From Tubulanus polymorphus (Eukaryota; Animalia; Nemertea), in NCBI RefSeq assembly GCF_964204645.1, contig NC_134026.1, positions 27,686,150 through 27,750,149 on the forward strand: 64,000 nt of DNA, in the 5' to 3' direction. A model generated the notes under the pieces. The model was not told the DNA's origin. It worked only from the letters and a program-made list of their open reading frames with translations, and searched no databases. Below are positions 38,809-51,228 of the stretch, one piece after another; position 1 is the first letter of the stretch, and every line of letters begins with the position of its first letter. The position numbers and the translations under genes were made by a program.

Positions 38809-41707
38809 AAATCTGTAAGTCCTATTAGAAAGTAACCTTATCATGATTTCTTAGCCCATTTGGGACTTTATTCTCAACAGGCTATTGCGTTCACTTATCA
38901 TCCGTCCGCAGACAGAAAGCAGTTATTTTTTGGAAGTTTTGAAGACTTTTCTATGGATTGTCTTGATTTTTGGTTTATGTATGTATCTACCCTAGCGGAT
39001 CTTCAGCCCAAAAACTGGCCCGATCAGAATCAAGATGGCCAAGCAGGCATGTGTCTTTGGACCCCTAGCTAGTTGAGCTGAAAGATCATTGTGTTATTTT
39101 TGAAATTAATAGAACCTTTTAACTAGCTTCGTCGATTTGGGTCAAGATTGTTATGGCAGACAATTTGTATCCGGGTGCCTCATTGGCAGTACTTGAAAAA
39201 ATTTCCTTGAAAGTGCAATAGGTTTTTACAAAGGAATTATGATTGATGAGATGCTATTTGATCAAAGTTGTGCAGCATGTATGAAACTATAAAATGTGTA
39301 TTTAGGACACTCAGTATTGTACTGTGTAGAATACATACACTATGATGTCACTGTCATCATTCAAGTGAAGAAACAAAGTTAAAGTTTCTCACACAATCAC
39401 GTGTAGTATAATTTTGTCTAATCAGTCGTTTGGGGATGGTATCGGTAACTTTCCAACAGTTGGGTCACTAAGTCTTTTACGATTGTCTAGTCGATATTTT
39501 ATCAAATTGAGGTCACTGATTGTGTTTGTTTGACGTGATTATTGCTTTATGCAGGGGCTCAAGCCAGACTCAAAATTTTGATCGGAAAATTTCTAGGGAA
39601 GACATGATTTATTTATATTTGACACTGATGATTTTGTAAAACCAGCTCTTTTCGATCGACCTAATTGAAAGTCTGAATAATTGATGCTATTTTGAACGTA
39701 GCAAAATGAATGAACATCGTAGAAGGAAAGATGAAAACGTGCGATTTGGCTACGTGATCCAATCGGTTTTAAGAATTATTCTGCGATGAATTTTTAGTTA
39801 TCTATTAATTATTATCAGACTCGGATTTTTCTACCCAGTAAAGCTATTGATATACGAGTGCATTCTTTAACAACACTTATTTGAGCCATCGTTCATAAAT
39901 AATAAGATAATAGCGGCCCCGGTAATAAGTAACATCCTGCTGTAAGCTTACTACTATTTCAAAACATGTTTACAACTACTGGACATGTTTGAAATTATTT
40001 GGTGCAGGCTTTTGTCACTTATTTTTATGCAAACACAATATGCTATTAATAGCAAAAGTTGTGCGATCCGGCTTAATCCAGATTTCTGGTGTAGGTGTGT
40101 GTCTGCTCTGTTAATTACAAACACTTAGTAAAAATGATTTCAATAAGACTTTACAGTTTACTGAATAGAGTGCGCCATGTAATGTACGTAAATAGAAACT
40201 TCATTGCATTCTAAAATATTCCCAAAGATGCAACAACCATCTGGACAGTTTTTTATTGGAGTTCAAATATTACGAGTTTAAGTGTTATAATCAAGTTAAT
40301 CCTATTACTGGTGCCACAAGTTCAGTCTTATGAAACAAACATCTTAGTACATCTATCATTTTACTTTCTTTGTCCTGATAATGATCCCATGTGAAATGTA
40401 GTTCCATATTACTTTATCACTACTATTGTACAGCATTGGTATTCTTAGCCTTGAAATTTTTCCATTGCAGTTGCACCATAAGCGCAGTAGTACTGACTGT
40501 AGTTGATAAATCATAGGATTTTTCAGACACTAAACATACTGGTTGTATTTAGATTGCGCAAGACTTCTACATTATCTAAGGAACTTTTCTTGTCAGTCAC
40601 TACGCCTTTATTTCTAATCTATAAATGCATTAGAGGAAGTTTTCTCGGGTAAAAAAGACAAGGGTTTCCATAACACCGCTACCAAACATATCTGAAATGT
40701 CGATGTGCTGGATATAGCAACTATCCTAGTAGAAGCTTGTCCCCTAAACATCATGTCTTTCTTTTCTTTTCAGACTGTGATCAATAAATGAGATTCAAGA
40801 ACTTCAAATCGAGTATGAAATAATTTATTTCAATACACATCCTCCATTACAATACTGCATACACAACCAGAAATCCAATTATCCTACTAAAAAGTTGTTT
40901 GACTGAAACACAATGAGTATCATGGACAGATTTAGAAAAGAAGAAAGTCTACCCCAGTTGAAATTGATAGTGGATGGTCATTTCTTGTTACAAACATCAG
41001 GAATTAAATGCAGAATCATGAATTATCATAATTCAAGCCTGTCTCACAATACAGTTGCATGTAATACTGAATGCTCATCCAACAAATCAATACTATTGAT
41101 TAATATTTACACGAGATATTCTGTGTCTTCAACAAAGTTTGCTTTCAAGATAAAAGTTAATAAGAATCATTTCAACAACGTATAGTTTAATTACTTACAA
41201 AAGCATTTATAAAATGGAACTTCCAATTTGATTATGATACAAAAATATATCAGTATAATTTAGACCAGGGTAGACACAAATTATTACTTGTCATGCTATA
41301 TACTTACTATAACTACTGCGTTGTAAGTAAGGAGAATTTATATATAAGAGGTTAACCATTAATGTAATAGCACCGTCAAGATATAGAATCTGTACAACTG
41401 AAAATTATTTTTCTTATATATAAAATGTTAGCGATCTGTTACTTTCATTATACTTCTTACATGTACATGTTATATGATGTCAATAAAAGCGTTGAATAAA
41501 GCAATGAAAAATATATGAAACATATAACAACATTGATAGAATGAGTTTTCTGGTAACGTAAAAAATACTCTTGAGAGTATGTCATAATACAGTAGATACT
41601 AAGATCTTGAATTTTAAAGGTCGTCTCAGATTTATTGGAATAATCCATTTTGATAAACACTGGCATATCATAGTGATTCGTAGAATAGCTGTATTGATAA
41701 CTAGTAC

Positions 41708-41713
41708 ATATAT

Positions 41714-41756
<43 letters not shown>
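41708..41756. repeat. (TA)n microsatellite
   Basis: About 24 TA units with one interruption. Confidence 0.95.
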
Positions 41757-41762
<6 letters not shown>

Positions 41763-43885
41763 TATGACCTAGGTGAAAGGTTTACTCGTTTCATCCAGCC
41801 AGTAGAGCATTAGTTTTATGTCGCTCCTTTTTAAAAGCCATGAATGAAAGGAAGGATGACCCTTATAATATATTTATTGTTGGCAAAGATCAACAGACGT
41901 TATGATTTGATAGACAAAATTCATGTTATTTACAGATTTCAATTTCATCTCATTTACATATCCTATGCTACATTTATTGAGTGATTACTCATGGTTGATG
42001 TTTAAAAATCAACATATCATATTTAAATCTGTTGGCTAAAGTAAATGTAAGTAGGTTAATTGATTTAACCAATGTTATTTTAGCCACAGCTGATACAATT
42101 AATTTCAGAGTGGCAACAATAAAAGAACATGTCAGTCCAAGCAGAATAAGGTGTACTTATAAATAGCTCATAATTTTATTTCATGAAATATATCTTGGTT
42201 TTACTCCACTGCTATTTATTTATGTACACATAGATTGGGTTGAGGTTTAGGTTCAAACATCAAGCTTGTATGAATAGATCTAACCGCTGCTGGTCAGCTC
42301 AACAATACCCATTCTGTATAATAAAGTAGCAGTAAAGTTGCCGATAGATAATGTTGCATAGATGTAGATAAAAATACATATATTCACCAACTGGTTTGGT
42401 CTTGCAGATGAAATAAAATATATGTTTCGACAACTTATAGTTCCCGTTTATCTCCTATTTTTAAGGAAGGGAAGGAAGTCATTTCTACATTCAGTCATTT
42501 AATGCTGAATTCTGACTTTCTTTGCTCTACCTGCAGAGATGGCCCTGCCTTCCTGGTAGTTCATTTGTCCTGATTGGAGCACGTTCTTATTTAAAAGCTA
42601 TTTATCTATGTTTACAGAAATACGGCTACTGGGAAGATATGAATCATAGCAGCTAAGGCTCTTCTAGAATAATACACACCTGTTGTTTCCTGGTTTAAAA
42701 AGTTGGCTGCTTCCTATATACAATGTATGTACGTAAGAAAATAAAATACCTAATTCACCAATCAAAGATTGTCATGGTCATTTGTGACACTTTGTAGATT
42801 TTCAAACTTCTTATCTTCAAGTTTAAATGGGAGGCAAGATTGAAGACAATGTCATGTGAATATCTGATAGAATACTTATCGAAAAAAATTAAATTTCCCA
42901 TGCGTATATTTCCATAAATGAGAAAAAAATCAAAGGGTTGTCGTCACAAATCAACTCCAACAACCATCGATAATTCCTGAGAAAATACAAAAATCATCTG
43001 TAAAATCTTAATCGACTCATACGATAAAGCATCTCAGAATTATAGAACAAAAATCCAATGGTGCAAAACCGGTGTTTATCCCAATGAGATGAAGAGATTC
43101 TACAGATGAACATTTCGTCAAGATCAGGGAATCTCTATCAACGTTAAAAACTATCATACATTACCATCAACAAAACAACATGTTCACTTTAAAGTTATTA
43201 ATGATAATAAGCTTTTGGCATCACCAATAATTACTACTGAAAATTATGGGCTAGTACACCCACCTTAAAAGAGGTGCTATATATGAAATCATATCATTCC
43301 AAACATATCTCATACACGTATAATTCTACATACCTTAGTATGATGATATAAATCCGATTTATGTACCGCGTCATACAATCATGAGATTGCATATCCTAAT
43401 AAAATATATCAGTACAACCAACCGGAGTCATAGAATTACTAACGAACAAGCAAAATATTCACTGCATAATAATCATGATAATATAAATATTACTACCACA
43501 GTAATTATAATAAATTGAAAAGGTTTAGCATCATCCAACGCTACAAACACCATATAAAAATATCATTATCTCTCATTAACCCCCCGTATAATTCCATATA
43601 AACTCTGCTTAATCCACCACGCATTTCAACTTGCTTCACAGACTAGAATATAGCATGACATAACGAAATACGTCTTCTTCTCTGCCCATTTTATTCAATG
43701 CCAATACCGGGGTACGAATCCAGTCAGATCCAGTTTGTGTGTAACGCAATTAATCCATAGCCACGAATCCCCCCGAACTCATTCGTTCTTCAAGCGTTTA
43801 ATCGATGAATGAAGTGTTTTTTTGCGGCAGCCAAAACTCATAATTCGAGTTCATTAATTATCACAACATGCTTTAATGAATGGCG

Positions 43886-45372
43886 TCAAATGTAGACTGG
43901 CGGTTGAGGTTGCTGCTGTTTAACGTATAAATCGTCTTTCGTTTTATCGTATTCGTCGATCTCCCATTCCATATTCTGCACGATGCACTTGACGAACAGT
44001 TGATAAATCGTATGTTTGGCTTTAATTTGAACGGTCATGGCGATGAAAAACGACAGAAAGAACAACACGCCGCACGACAGCGTGATGATCTCTTCTGGCG
44101 TTAGGTCAACTTTATCGCGCGGAAATTTACTGATACGTCCTTTATCGGATAAAAAGCACATAACTGTAGCGACAGCACAGCTTATCATTACGATCAAGTT
44201 TATGAGAAAAACTATATGTAGAATCTTGTCACGTTTTGTAATTCGGGGCAGCCTCCAGTGATGAAACTAAAACAGAACAAATATTTGTCTCATTCAGCTT
44301 TCAATCGAAAATAAAAAAAGTTCATCACACGGACAAGGAGAATAACAAATACCTTGAATTTCTTGTGTCTATGATACTGATAATGGCAAAGTTCACATTT
44401 TGGGGCTTTTCTAGTCTTTCTCGTTGAAACCTCCAACCATTTCTTAAAATGAATGAATGGAAAATCCATATTCTTCATTTCATTTACGTTGGAAAGGTTA
44501 GAAATTATTCATATCAATTCACTTTGAGAATCATATTTGTTCATATAATGGCTATGAGTTTTGCACTTGTTAATCGGATTTTTGGACGATCATAAGACAA
44601 TAGATTATTTCATGAATCAGATTTTGGCTCGTATTCAATCTCTTGAGTTCAATCCAGACATAATGACGCGATAGAGTTTAACAACCCAAACCTCTACTGA
44701 TAAGGCCCAATGATTTGAATGTGAAACTCAAAGTACAAAACACAACTACATGTATATACTGTATACAATTCAAAGATTCGAAATAAGCTAAGCAGGAATT
44801 AATTAGGTTGAACCAAGTAATTTTGGTTGAATGCATACAGTAATATATATTCATTTGTCATGACAGTACTTATGTCATAAAGTGAAAAAGACAAAGGGTA
44901 AAATCAGACTCGTCTTGTCACATAAACAATTGCTTACCATGAGACAACCGTAATGAATATACTGTAGAGAACCAGCGCAGCGACACGGTGAGATGAGAAT
45001 CTCTTGTTCATCACCAGTTTGATGACATATTCGACAGATAGGATAAATATTCGACATACTATCCCCTTCCATTGGTGGCGGAACATTTATGTTCAAATGT
45101 TTGTTACGAATCACTGCGTCTAAACTCTCATAGCTTTCAAATTCACTGGTATACTGGTGCTGTTTGACGTTGACATTTGTAATGGCACTAATGCGCAAAA
45201 CTTCATCCTCACCATTATTGCACAACTCGTATTTATAACTTCCACTGGCTGATTGTAGTTGCTGGGTGCTGTGACTATGCAACGACGACGCCTCATCATT
45301 GTGAACAGTTGGCTGCTCAGGAATCATTGGACAATGTGGCCCAGGAGATATCTCCTGGGCTTCCAGGTCCAT
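43886..45372 (-). CDS. MARCH-family RING-CH membrane E3 ubiquitin ligase
   Basis: Exons 45372-44938, 44442-44353, 44266-43886. RING-CH CRICHQ...[20 protein letters not shown]|KWL...CELC followed by two hydrophobic TM segments. 5' UTR acceptor near 45411 and first-exon donor near 47175. Confidence 0.9.
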
Positions 45373-46142
45373 GTTTCAGTGGATCTGTTTACAGAAAGTG
45401 TCCTCTTTACCTAAAAGATAAGATGTGATATTGCAAATAGTTGTTGGTGACTTTTAAGCTGCTCTAATCGTTTGGGAAATTCCATATTTCTAAGAAGGTG
45501 CAATTCTCGATTATAGGCCTGGTGCAATTAACATTTATTTCAATTCACTTTTTTAAGGAAATGCTTCCCAAATAGGCCTAATAATCACAACTGGTTTTTG
45601 ATAGCAGAGATATTACTAGCTGTTTTTAGGTTATGTGCTAAAGTGTATGCATTCATTTAGGTAGCTAGCTATACACTGAGTCAGACTAGGAAAGAATGCT
45701 TCATTAAATTTGCATATAAAACATTTATTTATTCATACATTCAGGTACAGGCTATGTTTCTCTCTAATAACAATTTGTATTTTCAATAACAAGTGCTGTC
45801 CTAATCATTTTTTGTAAACTTTTGATAGGCTTGTTTTTTGTGAAAATGCGATTATGAAACTAATCCCACAATTCATTTTATACTATGCCCTTCTGTATCT
45901 ACTAGCAAAATTGTAAGTTTATTCATCCTGATTCACTATAAATATAGGCCCCTAACACTTCTTCACACGCAGACACGATTTAACTAAAAAGCTTCTGGCA
46001 AACCCTCACAGGGACGGGGTGGGCCACTATCCCCATTCACAAATAATCTGCGTGAACAATTCCTCAGCTATAGTTTACTCATTTTTCATCCAAATTTTCT
46101 TGAGTTTCCAGGTGTTGGCCAAAATCTCTCAAATTTTCTTAT

Positions 46143-46596
46143 GGAAGTGGTTATTTAGCCGGATGCAGTTACCGACTTATAAAAGATATTTTGCGGGATT
46201 CATAAAATATATAACAATAAAATCATTTTATTGGGTTTAGGGTTTCGACAGGGTTAGTGTCAAGAGGGTGATTAGAGGGTCTAGAGGGTTCCATTTCAGA
46301 ACTAGGGATAGGGTTAGGGTAAGGTGAGGCTATATGTAGTAGTTAAAACATTCGAGTGGTTTTCAGCGAGCTCGGTGGTCGAGTGGGAAGACGCTGCGTT
46401 AGTAATTTACTGGCCCGGGTTCGAGTCTCACTCTATCCGCTCTATTTTCTCAAACTCTGTTCCTCCACACTTCCTTCGAATTTCGAAGTCGTGCACCTCT
46501 TTGCGCGTGCGCGGAGTAAATCAGCCAATTAGAGACGATATCTGGCAAAATATAGTTTAGAAGTCAGTGACTGGATCCGGCTAAATAACCACAGCC
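46143..46596. mobile_element. 454-bp non-autonomous DNA transposon with ~41-bp TIRs and 9-bp TSD (Mutator- or Merlin-like)
   Basis: Left TIR GGAAGTGGTTATTTAGCCGGATGCAGTTACCGACTTATAAA; right TIR reverse complement GGCTGTGGTTATTTAGCCGGATCCAGTCACTGACTTCTAAA; TTTTCTTAT flanks both ends (46134-46142 and 46597-46605). Confidence 0.9.
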
Positions 46597-47399
46597 TTTT
46601 CTTATTCCCTGAGTTTTTCGGGTCTGTGGCCACCTTGCCTAAATCCAACTTTAAAACCAATGAAGTTATGGTGGTGTTATAATGGCGCCAATGTTAGTCT
46701 AGTACCCAGCCATCTAAAGCCAAAACACATAAAAGGTAGCATTTTATTTCAGCCCTTTTGTCATGGACGATCTGATAACTCAAAGCATAAGTAACCATTT
46801 ATTGATAAAATTTCCTTGACAGAAATTTGCAGGAAACAGTGAATTAATTAACTGACAGTTAGACATCAGAAGTTGTAGGGGAACCAGTAGAAGGGAACCA
46901 GTACATCGTCCGTATTCAGACTTTAAACTACAACGTATGCTTGTACAGACTGACTCTGACTGTCGCTGTTTTGAAAGCATAATAGTAGTAGTCCTTTTTG
47001 TTGGGCTTTCAAGGTTTCAAGCTACACGAAATTAAACCCCTATCTATTACGTAAACTAGTTCAATTTCAATCCAGACTGGGACAAACCAACAGAATAACT
47101 TTGTGCTCAGATGAGATTCACGCTTTTAGAAATATCAAAATAATAAGACTGCCTGGGTCATGAAGATATTCTTACCTTTTAAAATGGAAGTGAAGATGTA
47201 AACACGACCTTCACCTTCCCTTCTTTTTTACAACCACAGATAAAACTTAAAAGTTTGCGCACAAATTACGATTAAAATAACGACATCATGCAATGATCTT
47301 GGTATGCAATACTTAGATAAATAAATGGGCAATCGTTACTTACGCAGCACAGGGCATGATATCCAGTATAAACACAGAACAATTGATATTTCTTCGTCT

Positions 47400-47660
47400 T
47401 CCCTGCATCGCGCATTTAGGCCTGGATTCGCTCTGTGGAAATCAGCTGTGGTTCGGGCGTACAAACAGGTTTCGGTAAATTCCGTCAAAGCGGAAACACC
47501 CGAACAGCTTTCCGTAAGGTTGCGGAGAATCCCGACCAATACCGACGCAACTAGAACACTACGCATGCGCCTAAGATGTAAACATCGCTGTTTCCGGTTT
47601 ATATATTTGATGGAAGAAACTGTCAGTAGTGTTCAGACGTGAGAAAAAGATCATTTAGAG
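47400..47660. promoter_or_regulatory. Bidirectional promoter MARCH(-)/ZBTB(+)
   Basis: CpG-rich block between divergent first-exon donors (about 47175 minus; GAG|GTAAGT 47660 plus); NRF1-type ACGCATGCGC 47561-47570, ETS TTTCCGG 47591-47597, CCAAT at about 47536. Confidence 0.65.
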
Positions 47661-48803
47661 GTAAGTCTTTGGTTCATTAATTACAATCTCGGACAAAGAA
47701 CATGTAATTTTGCTTATATATTGGCCTATTTATTTTCCTAATTCTTATCTTTGCGAGAAAACCGTATTTGGTAGGGTCTAAAAACACAGATCGATGATGG
47801 TTGGTGGTTAGTCAGTAACCTGTCTGTGGTTTAGTTTCACGATTGGATATTTTCACAAACCACAGTCAGGAATGGGAAGGTCATTTTTGTATGAAATCTT
47901 CGTCAGCCAATTTGACTGACGAGTAATTTGCCTGGCATTTCATTGTCTCTTAAGATATCTGTCTCATTTTTGTTGTAATCGACGCACAACAGATTCGTAG
48001 TTTGTCTGATACCTATAACACCTCACCTGACGATCTTAATCCATGTGCAAATCGGCCGTAAAGTGAGAGTAAATTTCCGTCCAGTCAACAGCTGCCATTT
48101 TAAAAATTACTGGAGGTGCTGGCACCTGTGGACTGAGGCCAGGACAACAGCACAAACTAACAAAGCGAAACGACGAAATTTAAAAAAATTAAAAAATCAA
48201 CATTTATTCACATTTTTCTTTTACCAGAAATTTATTATTTCATTATTTATTATGGAAAACACGAAGACTTGAAATAAAAGTTGGAAAACCATCAAAAATA
48301 AAAATTGTCGTTTCGTCTTGGAAGTTTTATATAAATCCTTGTAGGTCCCCTTGTCTTATCATGCCACATGTGCAATACAGAGAAATGGCGGCCAATGGCG
48401 AAATTTGTGGAGAAATTAATTAATTTCTCAAAATAATGTTGATTAACCACTCGAAACATACATAAAATTGGATTATTTCGAAAGGTACCTGTGTTAGTTT
48501 GTGAATTAAGCCATTAATTGTGGACTGAAGTGAATAGAAAGTATATTTTTGAAGTGTTACTTTTTTCAACCGTGTTTTGGTCCTTGTCATCCCTAACGTT
48601 GGTATAAGCCCATCCGATTATAAAAAGCTTACCACCAACGATTAGGTAACTAACTAGTTGGTGGTGTGACGACTGGTTGTTGTACTTGTAGTGTAGCAAA
48701 TTCAAGAAATTTTTATTGAATTACAACTCGATTGAATTTATAATTTATAGATCCATGTTACAACGTATAAAGTTGCTTATGTCCTTAATTTCAGACTGAA
48801 TGA

Positions 48804-50732
48804 ATGCCCTGTTTCTCTTCTGTGGTGGTGTGGCTCGATGATCAGATGACCATGGACGAGTATACTAGAGACATTTTACTGGGTCTAAATTCTCTCAGAA
48901 CTTGTGGTAATTTTTGCGATATAAATATGGTTGCTACTGATGGAACCAAATTTCCTGTTCATCGATGTATTCTCGCTGCGGCCAGTAATAATCTTTACCA
49001 ATACGCTATTGATGTACAGTCTGATGTTTGTGTAGACATCGATGCAAATATTTTAGAAATATTCTTAGATATTCTGTACACTGGAAAGGTTTCTCCACTT
49101 TGTGATAAAAATGACATTGACAAATTGAAGGAAATAAGTAATATATTAAGGATGGATTGTGTTTTAAACTTATTGAATGAAAAAGATGAAACCGAGCAGT
49201 CAATCAATGATGAAATGGCATGTTGTTCCCAGAAAACATCATCGTGTCAAAATATGAATGCGATTCCTATGCATAAAAAGAAACGCGGTCGTCCGCGAAA
49301 AAGAAATGACGTGACTTTGGAAGAGAATGATAAAAAGCGACTGAAATTGGACGACACGATATTGGACAGTACGGAAAAGCCCTCAAAACGATACCTTCCT
49401 AAACGTGCAACACGTGGGAAAACCGGACTAGAAAGATTGAAAATTATAAATTCAATGAGGAATGATTCTTCTCAACAACTAAAAAGACATTCTGTGTACG
49501 ATGAATCAATGTATGTTGAATTTAGTGATGAAGTTCAGTCTGTTAATCCTGGTGATTGTATTGATAAATGTCTCGATACCACGTGCTCTGATCTTTATGA
49601 TAAAGACACTGCTATATATGTAGAAAATAATGATGAAGATCCTGAAATTTTTGCGAAAAAGGTATCTACTTCTTTGAGTCAAATACTTTCCCAATTGCAG
49701 ACATCAGTGTCTTCATGTACAACACTCAGTGAAAATGAAAAGCATTCCGATACAGAAAAGAGAGAAGAATGGAAAAATTGTCCCTACTGTTCAAAGTTCA
49801 AAGGTATCAAAAAAGGTCGCTATCAATTTCATATCCGTTTTTGCCATTTGCCGCTGAAGTGTGTTCATTGCTTTAAACCATTTGAAAGTGAGCATGATGC
49901 AAAGCAGCATTGCTGTCCACTTACCAAACCTGAAACTTTGCCACATGTTTGTGAGTTATGTGGGAAAACATTGGCCGGCATTCAAGCCCTGAAACTACAT
50001 CTCAAAATTCATAATAATGTGAAAAATTATAAATGTCAGTTTTGTTCAAAGGCATTTGTTCGTAAAGTGCAACTCGATTCACACATAAAACATATTCATA
50101 AACAAGACCGACCGTTCAAGTGTCTGCATTGCGAGAAAAAATTTGCATATAATTATGAGTTGAAGAGACACAAATCATCGCATCAGTGCCCGCACTGTTC
50201 AGCATTGATTCCTGGAAAACAAGCCCTAAGTATCCACATAAGAACTTGCTATTCTAATTCTAATTTTACGACAAACAGGCAAGAGGAGAGCGGTGCATTA
50301 TTGAAAGCAACAAACGGAAACATTGAACACAAGTCTTCCATCGATGACACAGCCACAGTATCAAAAACTATTGAATCTAATATTTTGCCAAACTCAGCAG
50401 TTAATGCACAGGAGGTGTTGGATATTGAAAATATTAATAATCTCTTTATGTGCAAATTCTGTGAGTGCATCTTTCCGGAATATAAGGATATCAATGAACA
50501 CTTCGAATTAAACCAGTGTCGTGCTCAGTGCCCATCTGATAATAATGTACAAACAACTGGAAATATTCCTGTTTATCTGAATAGTAATGAAACAATAATT
50601 CAATCTGTTCCACAGATTGAACAAACAGAATCAGTACAGTATCTCATAATTGAAGATGTAACTGAGCTTACAACTGATGATATAGATTCATTTTCAATAA
50701 AAAATCTTGTTCAAACAAATCCAACTACATAA
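48804..50732 (+). CDS. BTB/POZ, AT-hook and C2H2 zinc-finger protein (ZBTB24-like architecture), single coding exon
   Basis: BTB: LNSLRTCGNFCDI...FPVHRCILAAAS...FLDILYTG; AT-hook KKRGRPRK; tandem C2H2 fingers such as CELCGKTLAGIQALKLHLKIH and CQFCSKAFVRKVQLDSHIKHIH; acceptor at 48794; true start may be 48846 or 48852; AATAAA at about 50818. Confidence 0.9.
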   Translation: MPCFSSVVVWLDDQMTMDEYTRDILLGLNSLRTCGNFCDINMVATDGTKFPVHRCILAAASNNLYQYAIDVQSDVCVDIDANILEIFLDILYTGKVSPLCDKNDIDKLKEISNILRMDCVLNLLNEKDETEQSINDEMACCSQKTSSCQNMNAIPMHKKKRGRPRKRNDVTLEENDKKRLKLDDTILDSTEKPSKRYLPKRATRGKTGLERLKIINSMRNDSSQQLKRHSVYDESMYVEFSDEVQSVNPGDCIDKCLDTTCSDLYDKDTAIYVENNDEDPEIFAKKVSTSLSQILSQLQTSVSSCTTLSENEKHSDTEKREEWKNCPYCSKFKGIKKGRYQFHIRFCHLPLKCVHCFKPFESEHDAKQHCCPLTKPETLPHVCELCGKTLAGIQALKLHLKIHNNVKNYKCQFCSKAFVRKVQLDSHIKHIHKQDRPFKCLHCEKKFAYNYELKRHKSSHQCPHCSALIPGKQALSIHIRTCYSNSNFTTNRQEESGALLKATNGNIEHKSSIDDTATVSKTIESNILPNSAVNAQEVLDIENINNLFMCKFCECIFPEYKDINEHFELNQCRAQCPSDNNVQTTGNIPVYLNSNETIIQSVPQIEQTESVQYLIIEDVTELTTDDIDSFSIKNLVQTNPTT

Positions 50733-51228
50733 GTGAATTCTGTTGATTTCCTTTTATGATGTACATTTTCTTGTCATGTGAGAATCGGATATGATGATAT
50801 GTTATGTTTTTTGTTGAAATAAATTTCAAAAAGAATGTTAAATTGTTTTGCTAGTCCTTGTAATGCTGTACTGTGAAGGAAGGATAACAAGAATCAGTGC
50901 CTTCATTGGGATTTTATTTTGACTGAATTAAATCATATAAAACAAAGTAAATTTCTGAAATGCTGATTTTCACAATAAAGTATCACTAGTCTACAGACAC
51001 AAAATACACACTTGAGATTTCAAAAGTCATTCACCTAATGAACATCAACAAAAATACTAAACATTTTTGCATCCAACGTATATAATACTGACTTCGATAA
51101 TACTGAAATACACCGATACATAAATGTAAATAATTTTGATACTTAATTAGTTAATCTGAATTATTTAGTCAACTAAATATTGAGAGTTTGATAATCATTG
51201 CTAGCAATATTGATGTATAACTGATAGA

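Noticed and set aside
41457-41794. ORFs with YIYIYI runs
   Set aside because: Translation of a (TA)n microsatellite.
46366-46440. Functional tRNA gene
   Set aside because: A and B boxes are present but the anticodon and acceptor stems do not pair; it lies inside a TIR element.
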